From: Candidatus Omnitrophota bacterium
Lineage (GTDB): Bacteria > Omnitrophota > Gorgyraeia > Zapsychrales > Zapsychraceae
Assembly (NCBI GenBank): GCA_020429915.1
Contig: JAGQKV010000018.1
Coordinates: 69,770-133,769 of the forward strand
DNA: 64,000 bases
Direction of reading: 5' to 3'
Part shown: positions 28,002 to 35,926 of the stretch, piece after piece
Numbering within the stretch: the first letter of the stretch is position 1
Layout of the letters: every line of letters begins with the position of its first letter
Position numbers and translations under genes: made by a program
The notes under the pieces: generated by a model
Database searches by the model: none
The model's input: only the letters and a program-made list of their open reading frames with translations
Told to the model about the DNA's origin: nothing

Positions 28002-29471
28002 TTACCAACTGCACTCGCGCACCTCTCCTTTGGAAACGAGTTTGATAAACACGCACTTGCGGAACCAATACGGGTTGGTGTCCATCAACTCCGGGTTCCA
28101 GGCGGCGTCGTCAACGGTTTCGACTAGTCCGCCGCGCCGGTATTTCAGATAGATCCGCGCCCGGCTCGTGCGCACCCGGTCCTGCACCATTTGTTTCAGC
28201 ATGGTCCAGGCCACCAGCCTGTTTTCATAGACCAGTTTTTGTCGCCATTCCGGCACATTGGTGTCGATGATTTCCACCATGTCGTCCCCGTAGGGAAATA
28301 CCTTCCACCCGTTCCCCCGCAGGACCATATGATTATTCTCGCCGTTGAGGGTATTGAGATTGCTCCACATGGCCATGGTATCCACCGTCTTCAGCCCTAG
28401 ATAAGGCGCCAGACAATTCAGCATGAACACCGGCACGACCGCGTAGGCGGCGAACCACCTCGTGCGAAACAGTTGGTCGCGTTGAATGCGGTAATAGCCG
28501 TGACGGATCACAAAAAAGACCGTCATACCGAAGACGGCGGCCGCCAGAAGCCACCACACCCGCAACAGCGGCCACAGCGCGGATTGATCGGCGTAGGCCC
28601 CCCAGCGGTAATGTCCGATCTCCCGGCTGTAATCATGCAGAAAGGCCAAGACGGAGCCGAGCGTCATCACCACCGCCTGCAGGATCAGCGCACCGATCAC
28701 CCCGAAACTGTCCTGACTGATCCGACGGATCAATGTCTCGAACTTTTGCGTCAACGGTCTCGCCGCGCCCTTGGGTATAAAAAGAAAATACAGCGCGCAA
28801 ATCAGCACCGGAAAGTGCCGCATGATCAGACCGGTCATCAGGTGAAACCCGCCGCCCACGATCAGCGCGACAAACCACGTCCGCCGCATGGACAGCAGGA
28901 CCGGGATCGTCAATTCGATCAGCAATGTTCCATAGATCAGGAGGTGACGGAACCATAACGGCGGATCGGCGGGTAGCGGCAACATAAAACCGCCGGAGGC
29001 GATCTGTTCCCATATATGTACGGCGCAACTCACCTGCGGATCGAAGAAATCCGTGTTGAGCTTGTGAAAAACAGCCATGAAATACATCAATACCACCAGC
29101 AAGCGGATGACCGGAAAGACCTTCTTGGGATACTCCGTATCAATCGGAGCATTATTGAAGCGGTCGCGCACGATCTGCCACCCCAGGGTACACAGCAGCA
29201 GGCCGCTGAGGATCATGCTGAAAAACCAATGATTCGCCGTCACCGGCATATCCTTGAAGCAGGACAGCATCTGGAAAAGACAGACCGCGGCCATCACATA
29301 TTTGGAGCGGGCGAAAAACAGCCCGGTGTAGGCCGTCAGGATACTCAGGACGTGGTACGGAGAATCGCGCCAATTGAACATGTTGTCGTACTCGGCGATG
29401 ATCATCAGACACCACAGCATCATAAAAAGGGATGTGTAGCTGAGATTAGACCGGGTCTCAGAGGGGGTCAT
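28002..29471 (-). CDS. multi-pass integral membrane protein with C-terminal soluble domain (possibly HTTM/vitamin-K-carboxylase-like family)
   Basis: ORF track 28002..29768; ATG at 29471 preceded by AAGGA Shine-Dalgarno gives MTPSETRSNLSYTSLFMMLWCLMIIA..; ~9-10 TM segments then ~160-aa hydrophilic C-terminal domain. Family assignment tentative. Confidence 0.5.
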   Translation of the reverse strand: MTPSETRSNLSYTSLFMMLWCLMIIAEYDNMFNWRDSPYHVLSILTAYTGLFFARSKYVMAAVCLFQMLSCFKDMPVTANHWFFSMILSGLLLCTLGWQIVRDRFNNAPIDTEYPKKVFPVIRLLVVLMYFMAVFHKLNTDFFDPQVSCAVHIWEQIASGGFMLPLPADPPLWFRHLLIYGTLLIELTIPVLLSMRRTWFVALIVGGGFHLMTGLIMRHFPVLICALYFLFIPKGAARPLTQKFETLIRRISQDSFGVIGALILQAVVMTLGSVLAFLHDYSREIGHYRWGAYADQSALWPLLRVWWLLAAAVFGMTVFFVIRHGYYRIQRDQLFRTRWFAAYAVVPVFMLNCLAPYLGLKTVDTMAMWSNLNTLNGENNHMVLRGNGWKVFPYGDDMVEIIDTNVPEWRQKLVYENRLVAWTMLKQMVQDRVRTSRARIYLKYRRGGLVETVDDAAWNPELMDTNPYWFRKCVFIKLVSKGEVRECSW

Positions 29472-29643
29472 GGTTATCCTTATCGATTGTCCACGGACCG
29501 TTTGGCGAAGCCGGCCCGGATCGTATATACTTGAAGCGTCGTCTGTCGGGTCTTCTCCAGGCCGCCGACGCCGACCGTAAACGGTGGAGAACTTTCTCCA
29601 TTTTAACATCAACTTCCAGACGAAATGTGATAAGATTGGGATT

Positions 29644-30291
29644 ATGCATATGAAAATTCTATCTCTTTTCGCTGCCTTCCTGCTGCTCGCCTCCCCCGCT
29701 TGGGCGCGACCACCGTCGAAGATAACAGCACAGTACGACCAGTCCAAAGGGGTCCTGATGCTGGACATCTACCATCTGTCCCGGGACAACGTCAAAGAAT
29801 ACATCAAGCGGGTGGAAATCAGCAAGAACGGCGGCAGCCCGGTCGTCAAGCGGCCCCGCCAGCAGATCAATCCCAACGTCCAGTACGTTGACATCAGCCT
29901 GAAGGCCGAAAAAGGCGATGTCCTCACCATCACGGCCGAGTCCTCACTGGGCGGGGAATTGACGCAGGAACTTGAAATCACCGAAGAACTGCTCAAGGCC
30001 GAGATTCAGCCTCGCCAGGCCCCGCGCCGCGCCGTTTCCACGCATCCCGCGGACAAGAGCAAACTCAAGGCTGCGGTCCCGCGCAGAGACAGCGATGTGG
30101 TCACGGCGGCCGTACCGAAGGACCCGGACAAATATTCCTCTCCCCATCCCGCGGATGCCTCGAAATTGCGTCCTGCTGTTCCGCGCGGGTCAGATGTCAT
30201 GAAACCGGCCGTGAACCCCGAGGTCTCTACTTCCGCACATCCCGCGGACAAATCCAAATATAAACCGGCCAACGCCGGATATAACCGCTAA
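29644..30291 (+). CDS. secreted protein with N-terminal beta-sandwich-like domain and three C-terminal HPAD(K/A)SK(L/Y)(K/R)xAVPR repeats
   Basis: ORF track starts at 29584; ATG at 29644/29650 gives signal peptide M(HM)KILSLFAAFLLLASPAWA; repeats STHPADKSKLKAAVPR / SPHPADASKLRPAVPR / SAHPADKSKYKPANAG. Confidence 0.55.
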   Translation: MHMKILSLFAAFLLLASPAWARPPSKITAQYDQSKGVLMLDIYHLSRDNVKEYIKRVEISKNGGSPVVKRPRQQINPNVQYVDISLKAEKGDVLTITAESSLGGELTQELEITEELLKAEIQPRQAPRRAVSTHPADKSKLKAAVPRRDSDVVTAAVPKDPDKYSSPHPADASKLRPAVPRGSDVMKPAVNPEVSTSAHPADKSKYKPANAGYNR

Positions 30292-30395
30292 CATCGTCTA
30301 TTTGCGGACGAGGCTTGATAGAGGGCTCGCTAACACAATAACGTGCGCCCCGGGACAGATTCATTGGTACCAACGCGTGTGGCCTGTGCTCAGCT

Positions 30396-30438
30396 CAAAA
30401 AAAATCCCCTTGGTGAATCATCACCAAGGGGATTTTGC
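30396..30438. terminator. bidirectional rho-independent terminator (15-bp perfect stem AAATCCCCTTGGTGA / TCACCAAGGGGATTT, loop ATCA, flanked by A8 and T4)
   Basis: Between convergent genes 29644..30291(+) and 30467..31327(-); on the minus strand the hairpin is followed by an 8-U tract. Confidence 0.7.
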
Positions 30439-30466
30439 TGTCTATCTTTCGTAAGCCGTTTGAGAA

Positions 30467-31327
30467 TTACTTGCGACGGCGGCGCAATCCCATCATACCG
30501 GCGAATCCACTGCCCAGCAGCAGAAGTGATGCCGGTTCCGGAACCACGGTTTCATCCTGGGACAAACGGGAGATCAAAAAGATCGTATCGTTATAGTCGC
30601 CGTCGAAACCGGCCTGTGTCGCCGGACGGTCTTCCCAGCCGAACAGGAATGTGTTGGCACCGAAGGTGACGGTATCATCGGCGACGTTGTCTCCGTCCAA
30701 ATCGATGTCGATGCTCAGCCCGTTAAGTCCGGGCAGACCGAAAGCGAGGACGTGATCAACCAAATCCGAATTCAGCGTGGGATCGGAGTACCAGATATCG
30801 GTCGGGAATCCCGTAGGTTGCGATTGAAGCGCGAAGCCGAAATCGCCGGCGATGTTGATCACACCCCCAGGGAACGGGTTGCCGCCGGTTCCGAACAAGG
30901 TGAATCCGGTTTGTGCCGGGATGATATAGCTCACTGATCCGGGATCACCGAACGGAAAGACGCCCAACTGATTGGTGCGCGCGGCGCCGATCGCGATGAC
31001 CGCGACCTTGGACGGCGTCCCGCCACCCAATTGGCTCCAGTATCCGTTGCTTCCCAGAATTTGGCGACTGTCCGTCTGAGCGTTGTTGGCCAGAGGCGCG
31101 AAAGGCGCTCCGGTCACGTCCCAAATGTGGTTAATCGCTTCGTAAATTTGCGGATTGACATCCACCTGACAAGGTGTCGCAACTCCGGCAATCCCTCCAG
31201 GACCGGTTTCACAGCTGTCGGTCGCCATATCACCGGCATACGGTTGGGCAAACGCCAACGGAGCCGTTGCGAGTACAATGCCTCCCATCAAGAGCATCAT
31301 TCCAAACACGTTTCTTGCAGTCTTCAT
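30467..31327 (-). CDS. PEP-CTERM sorting-domain surface protein (exosortase substrate) with DUF4114-like region
   Basis: 286 aa; signal peptide MKTARNVFGMMLLMGGIVLATAPLAFA; C-terminus ..VPEPASLLLLGSGFAGMMGLRRRRK (PEP motif, TM helix, basic tail); ..FGWEDR..DGDYNDTIFLI.. preceding it. Confidence 0.85.
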   Translation of the reverse strand: MKTARNVFGMMLLMGGIVLATAPLAFAQPYAGDMATDSCETGPGGIAGVATPCQVDVNPQIYEAINHIWDVTGAPFAPLANNAQTDSRQILGSNGYWSQLGGGTPSKVAVIAIGAARTNQLGVFPFGDPGSVSYIIPAQTGFTLFGTGGNPFPGGVINIAGDFGFALQSQPTGFPTDIWYSDPTLNSDLVDHVLAFGLPGLNGLSIDIDLDGDNVADDTVTFGANTFLFGWEDRPATQAGFDGDYNDTIFLISRLSQDETVVPEPASLLLLGSGFAGMMGLRRRRK

Positions 31328-31578
31328 CGTAATTATCCTTTGTTGTTGGATTTTTGGCGGAGCGGTCTTCTTGAAGGGATTATTAAAAATTCCGTTCTCA
31401 GTAGCCTGCTACCGGAACCGAGCTTGTATTATGGATGTAGCGCCCGGTTCAAATTTCGCTAGATTATATAATATGGGGTAGCTTATTCAAGGAGAAATCT
31501 TGCATTAGAGTTGTAGTTTTTTGCTATTTGGTGTTTTTTGCCTGTCCGGGGTGAATGGCTCCGGGAACGGTCAATTAA

Positions 31579-32631
31579 TCAGCGCCATCCCCTCGCCTCC
31601 GCTTCCCGCAGCAGGCGCTCATACCCGGCCTTATTCCGGCCGTTTTCGTCCCGCAATCCCAGTGTTCCCAAAAATTCCCGGAAATGCGGCTGGTTCAGGC
31701 CGTAGTACTCCTCCCATACGTCCAGCTGAGATTCGGACTGGTCGTTCATCCAGGTGAATTCCATATACTCGATCCGGCCGGCGTAGCGATCCCACATGCG
31801 AAAGGCTTCACTGATAAATCGGGCCTGTGCGACCTGGGAACTGCCCAGCTCCGCCCCGGAGGGATAGCCGATTTCCATCACATAGACCGGCTTCTCCGGG
31901 TAGAGCGCGGTCAACTCGGCAAAGGCTTTATGAACCGTGTCCGGGGCTTCCACGCTAAAATCCTCATTGAGCGGATAATAGGTGACCATGACCACATCGG
32001 CGTGCCGGTTGATACGCTGGAATTCCGCGGCAAACCGTCCGGTCAATCCGGCCATCATTCCCTTGGTCCCGACACGCAGACCGGGCCAGAAACGGCGCGC
32101 GTATTCGGCGGTTGCCTTGAAGAATTTCTCATAGGCCGTCCATTCTTCCGGGCTTTTCAATACCCCGTCAATCTCATTACCGATGGTCAGCGAATTCAAT
32201 TCCAGCGCGCTGACTTCCATCAGGGCGAAATCGAGGAGCCGCTTGTAGCGCTCAATAACCTCGGGATCGTCCCAGGAACGGCCGCGCAAGTCCTCAGGCA
32301 GACGGACATTGACCGTATCGATCGGATTAATGCCCAGCGAAAGAATCAGGCCAGTGCCGACATAATAACGGTTCGCGATTTTGAGAAGATTCGGGCGCGG
32401 CCGGAAGACGCCGGGAGCGGTTTCGAGGTCATCCCAATTTTGCGAAAGACTGACGGCCATAATCCCCGCTTGCTGCGCGTCGGACAGGGCCTGATCGTAG
32501 CCGACGGCATCCGTTTCATTGACGGACACCGACAAGATACGTTTTCCGCGGAGAACCGGATTCTCGGCCCATACGGCCGAACCCGGAAGGACGGTCAAAA
32601 AGAGCAAGCTTATCAGCAGCTGCGGACGCAT
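31579..32631 (-). CDS. secreted glycoside hydrolase, clan GH-A TIM-barrel (GH5/GH113-like)
   Basis: 350 aa; signal peptide MRPQLLISLLFLTVLPGSAVWA; acid/base ..SLTIGNEID.. and nucleophile ..VYVMEIGYP.. motifs. Confidence 0.55.
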   Translation of the reverse strand: MRPQLLISLLFLTVLPGSAVWAENPVLRGKRILSVSVNETDAVGYDQALSDAQQAGIMAVSLSQNWDDLETAPGVFRPRPNLLKIANRYYVGTGLILSLGINPIDTVNVRLPEDLRGRSWDDPEVIERYKRLLDFALMEVSALELNSLTIGNEIDGVLKSPEEWTAYEKFFKATAEYARRFWPGLRVGTKGMMAGLTGRFAAEFQRINRHADVVMVTYYPLNEDFSVEAPDTVHKAFAELTALYPEKPVYVMEIGYPSGAELGSSQVAQARFISEAFRMWDRYAGRIEYMEFTWMNDQSESQLDVWEEYYGLNQPHFREFLGTLGLRDENGRNKAGYERLLREAEARGWR

Positions 32632-32671
32632 GATGGGATTATACCGGAAGCGCGGGCAGGGGGCAATAAAT

Positions 32672-32769
32672 GGGGATTGAGTGATGTGTGGTGAGTGCTG
32701 AGTGATGATCCGGAAAGGCGACCACCGTACGGAATACGATCATCACTCAGCATCCACCACTTAATCCCC
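32672..32769. repeat. palindromic repeat element copy C (same family as 23100-23400)
   Basis: GGGGATTGAGTGATGTGTGGTGAGTGCTGAGTGATGATCC ... GGAATACGATCATCACTCAGCATCCACCACTTAATCCCC; imperfect ~35-bp inverted arms around central CCGTACGG. Confidence 0.55.
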
Positions 32770-33162
32770 TCACGCGGGCAAGTACGGATTCAGAATATCA
32801 TAGACGCTCAGGACATACTCGATCACACGATGAGCCTGACGCGGAGTGATGCGATCCTCAACACAACCGGCCTTGATTCGGCAGTCATGCGCGATAATCA
32901 TACGGCTCAGACCTTCAACCACACCGTCGTCGATGTAGACGATTTCCTGCACTTTCTTCAACAAGGCCACGCTGCCCAGGTCATAGGGCTGGACATCGTA
33001 GAAGGCCAAGAAGCTCAAGGTCAACTCGTCCAGAGCCATCAGGCTTAACTTGTACACCACCTCGGGTGTCACCAGCTCCGTCCCGTTGTCTCCGTGGATC
33101 ATTCCGAGATAGCCGTTCACTTTTTTGTCGTGTTCATCCTGGTAGGTCATCTTGGTGTCCAT
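32770..33162 (-). CDS. hypothetical protein downstream of hoxH
   Basis: ORF track 32770..33339 overlaps hoxH; ATG at 33162 with AAGGAGG Shine-Dalgarno 6 nt upstream gives MDTKMTYQDEHDKKVNGYLGMIHG.. (130 aa); no recognisable family; not a HoxW-type protease. Confidence 0.4.
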   Translation of the reverse strand: MDTKMTYQDEHDKKVNGYLGMIHGDNGTELVTPEVVYKLSLMALDELTLSFLAFYDVQPYDLGSVALLKKVQEIVYIDDGVVEGLSRMIIAHDCRIKAGCVEDRITPRQAHRVIEYVLSVYDILNPYLPA

Positions 33163-33236
33163 GGCATGCCTCCTTGTCGGGACCGGCGTTATCCCTTTTG
33201 AGCGTAAAACCGGTCGGTGGGAGGACGCAAAAGGGA

Positions 33237-34679
33237 TTATCCGCCGCGGGCCAGTGTTCGGACAATTTTCCCGCGATGATCCTTCAACTCGATCAGCAGC
33301 GGCATCTGGCCAGCCGCATGGGTAGAACAGGATAGACACGGATCATAACAGCGGATCGCGCCTTCAACCCGGTTGAGCGCTCCTTCCTGCACGTCGTCAA
33401 GTCTGACGTATTTTTCGGCCACCTGCTTGATCGATGTATTCATCGCCGGATTGTTTTGCCCGGTGGCAATGAGGAGATTCACCTTAGTTAGCAGTCCGTT
33501 GTCGTCCGTCGTATAGTGATGGAACAGGATGCCGCGCGGGGCCTCGGTGCAACCGACCCCGTCGTGCTGGTTGCGTTCTCCGCGGGCCCAGGTTTCGGTC
33601 GACAGGATCTGGGGATCATTGAGAATGTCGCGGGCCTGCTCGACGGAACTCAGCATTTCTATCAACCGGGCGTAATGGAAATGGAAGGTCCCGTGGATCA
33701 CCTTTCCGTCTTCCAGCTGGCGGAATAGTTCAAACTCCTTTTGCGCCAACGGAGTGGGCATGCGTTCGGCGACATTGAGCCGCGCCAACGGGCCGACGCG
33801 ATAGAAGCCTTTTTCAAATCCGTACGGTTTGTAGTACGGGTACTTGAGATAGGACCAGGCGATGGGATGTTCGGCGATATACTGGGCGAAGTCCGCCGGA
33901 TTGAAGCCGTCCTCCACGATCTCCCCTTTTTCATCAACGAGGCGGACTTTGCCGTCGTAGAATTCATGTGTACCGTCGGCCTGCACGAGTCCCATGTACA
34001 TCGTTGGATGATACGCAAAGACATTGAGTTCTTCCTTATTCTTCTCGTAATAGCCTTTGTACAACTCAAGAGACATATCGAGAGTTTCCAGCGCCTCCGG
34101 GATCCACTTCAGCAGGGCTTCCCTTGCCTCTTCTTTGAGGGGGATGCTCATACCGCCGCACACCACGCCCATCGTGTGAATTTTCTTCCCGGTAATGTAC
34201 ATGCTGATTTCCTGTCCGAATTGCCGTAACCGGATTCCCCGGCGGACCAGATCGGGAAACTGTTCATACATCCCCACGATGTTGCGTTTGTCCGGGTCGC
34301 AATCCCAACCCATCAGCATGTCCGGCGAGGACAGGTGATAAAAACTCAGCGCGTGCGAAGATATCATTTGGCCGAGTTGGATCAACCGACGCAGCTGATC
34401 ACCGATGCGCGGCGGTTTGATGCGCATGATACCCTCGCCCGCCTTGGCACTGCAGACGGCGTGACTGACCGGACAGATCCCGCAGATGCGCGGGGTGATG
34501 GCCGGCATTTCCGTAAAATAGCGGCCTTCGCAGAACTTCTCGAACCCGCGGAATTCATTGACATGAAAGCGCGCTTCGTCGAGCTTGCCTTTGGCATCGT
34601 ATTGCAGCGTGATGCGGGCGTGGCCCTCGATCCGGGTCACCGGACTGATAGTGATTTTCTTGCCTTTGGTTTCAGCCAT
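33237..34679 (-). CDS. hoxH: [NiFe] hydrogenase large subunit, bidirectional NAD-linked type (HoxH-like, group 3)
   Basis: N-terminal Ni-binding ..RICGICPVSHAVCS.., C-terminal ..DPCLSCSTHAAG.. followed by a cleavable extension; probable start MAETKGKKITISPVTRIEGHA at 34679 overlapping hoxY stop by 8 nt (track start 34721). Confidence 0.85.
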   Translation of the reverse strand: MAETKGKKITISPVTRIEGHARITLQYDAKGKLDEARFHVNEFRGFEKFCEGRYFTEMPAITPRICGICPVSHAVCSAKAGEGIMRIKPPRIGDQLRRLIQLGQMISSHALSFYHLSSPDMLMGWDCDPDKRNIVGMYEQFPDLVRRGIRLRQFGQEISMYITGKKIHTMGVVCGGMSIPLKEEAREALLKWIPEALETLDMSLELYKGYYEKNKEELNVFAYHPTMYMGLVQADGTHEFYDGKVRLVDEKGEIVEDGFNPADFAQYIAEHPIAWSYLKYPYYKPYGFEKGFYRVGPLARLNVAERMPTPLAQKEFELFRQLEDGKVIHGTFHFHYARLIEMLSSVEQARDILNDPQILSTETWARGERNQHDGVGCTEAPRGILFHHYTTDDNGLLTKVNLLIATGQNNPAMNTSIKQVAEKYVRLDDVQEGALNRVEGAIRCYDPCLSCSTHAAGQMPLLIELKDHRGKIVRTLARGG

Positions 34680-35208
34680 TCTTGAGCCCTCCTTCCTTCT
34701 GCAAATCCGGCACACGGTCATTAAGGATTTCGTTGAGCACGTAGAATATCATATCCCCCGTCGGCGGACAGCCCGGGATGTAATAGTCCACCTTGACGAT
34801 GTCATGCAGCGGCACGACCTTCTTATCCAGCGTCAGGATATCCTCGCATCCGGGTATCTGCGGGGCATCGTTGGTGTCGCTGTCGGCATAGGAGCGCTCG
34901 AGCGCGTCCTGCACCGTGTAGAAATTGCGCATCGCCGAAATATTCCCGTTGATTGCGCAATCCCCAAGCGAAACCAGGACCTTCGACTGCTTGCGGATGT
35001 GTTTGATTTCCTCGATATGCTCATCGGCTCCCACCGCGCCTTCCACCACGGTGACATCCACCTCCGGCAGCTTTTTGCCATCGACGATCGGGCTTTTCAC
35101 GATGTCGGCCACCGCCAGCACGTCCAGGATCCGTTCGTCCATATCGAGCAGGGACATGTGGCATCCGGAGCAGCCGGCCAGCCATACGGTTGCAATCTTC
35201 TTTTTCAT
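34672..35208 (-). CDS. hoxY: [NiFe] hydrogenase small subunit (HoxY-like)
   Basis: 178 aa; MKKKIATVWLAGCSGCHMSLLDMDERILD.. proximal cluster Cys ligands ..GDCAINGN.. ..YYIPGCPP.. Confidence 0.85.
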   Translation of the reverse strand: MKKKIATVWLAGCSGCHMSLLDMDERILDVLAVADIVKSPIVDGKKLPEVDVTVVEGAVGADEHIEEIKHIRKQSKVLVSLGDCAINGNISAMRNFYTVQDALERSYADSDTNDAPQIPGCEDILTLDKKVVPLHDIVKVDYYIPGCPPTGDMIFYVLNEILNDRVPDLQKEGGLKNG

Positions 35209-35915
35209 CAGTGGATCCCCCTCTTTTCTATCAAATCGGTGATCTTCTCCGGAAACTTATCCAATTTTCCCTGCACCGATCCCTTCGCCCACAAGGCCCC
35301 GGTCGGACAGACGTTCAGGCACTTGCCGCATGACGTGCAGGTCTCCGACTCGCCCCACGGCTGGTCGAAGTCGGAAATGACCCTGGCATTATAGCCGCGG
35401 TTCTTCACGTCCCAATTATGCGCGCCTTCGACTTCGGAGCACACCCGGACACACCGCGTGCACATAATGCAACGGTTATGATCGATGACGTACTTGGGAT
35501 GCGAGGCATCAACTGCGCATTCCTGATTCAGAAACGGAAAACGCACATGCTGCATCCCCACTTCCGTGGCCATGTCCTGCAGTTCGCAGTTGGTATTGGC
35601 CACACAGATCGAACACATGTGATTACGTTCGGAGAAAAACATCTCCACAATCACCCGGCGGTACTCCTTCAACTTCTCGGTGTGAGTCTGTATCTCCATA
35701 TTCTCCGCTACCAGCGTGGTACAGGCGGGCAGCAGCTTGTTATAGCCTTTGACCTCGCAGAGACACAGTCGGCACGCGCCGACATCCGTCAGCCCCGGGA
35801 AATGGCACATGACCGGGATGTGGATGTCGTTCTCTTTACAGACGCTGAGGATGGATTTGCCCTCTTCTGTTTTGATCTCTGTTCCATTAATCGATATCGT
35901 GATCTTATCTGGCAT
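35208..35915 (-). CDS. hoxU: hydrogenase diaphorase subunit HoxU (2Fe-2S and 4Fe-4S ferredoxin, NuoG N-terminal-like)
   Basis: 235 aa; 2Fe-2S ..CHFPGLTDVGACRLCLCEV.., 4Fe-4S CxxCxxC ..CIMCTRCVRVC.. ..CTSCGKCLNVCP.. Confidence 0.8.
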   Translation of the reverse strand: MPDKITISINGTEIKTEEGKSILSVCKENDIHIPVMCHFPGLTDVGACRLCLCEVKGYNKLLPACTTLVAENMEIQTHTEKLKEYRRVIVEMFFSERNHMCSICVANTNCELQDMATEVGMQHVRFPFLNQECAVDASHPKYVIDHNRCIMCTRCVRVCSEVEGAHNWDVKNRGYNARVISDFDQPWGESETCTSCGKCLNVCPTGALWAKGSVQGKLDKFPEKITDLIEKRGIH

Positions 35916-35926
35916 GAAGGCCTCCT

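Noticed and set aside
31328-31578. Searched for a sigma-54 or special promoter upstream of the PEP-CTERM protein gene
   Set aside because: No GCAA-N5-GTGCC motif is present on the relevant strand. There is only a weak sigma-70-like -10 (TATAAT on the minus strand at ~31473-31478). It is not reported as a feature.
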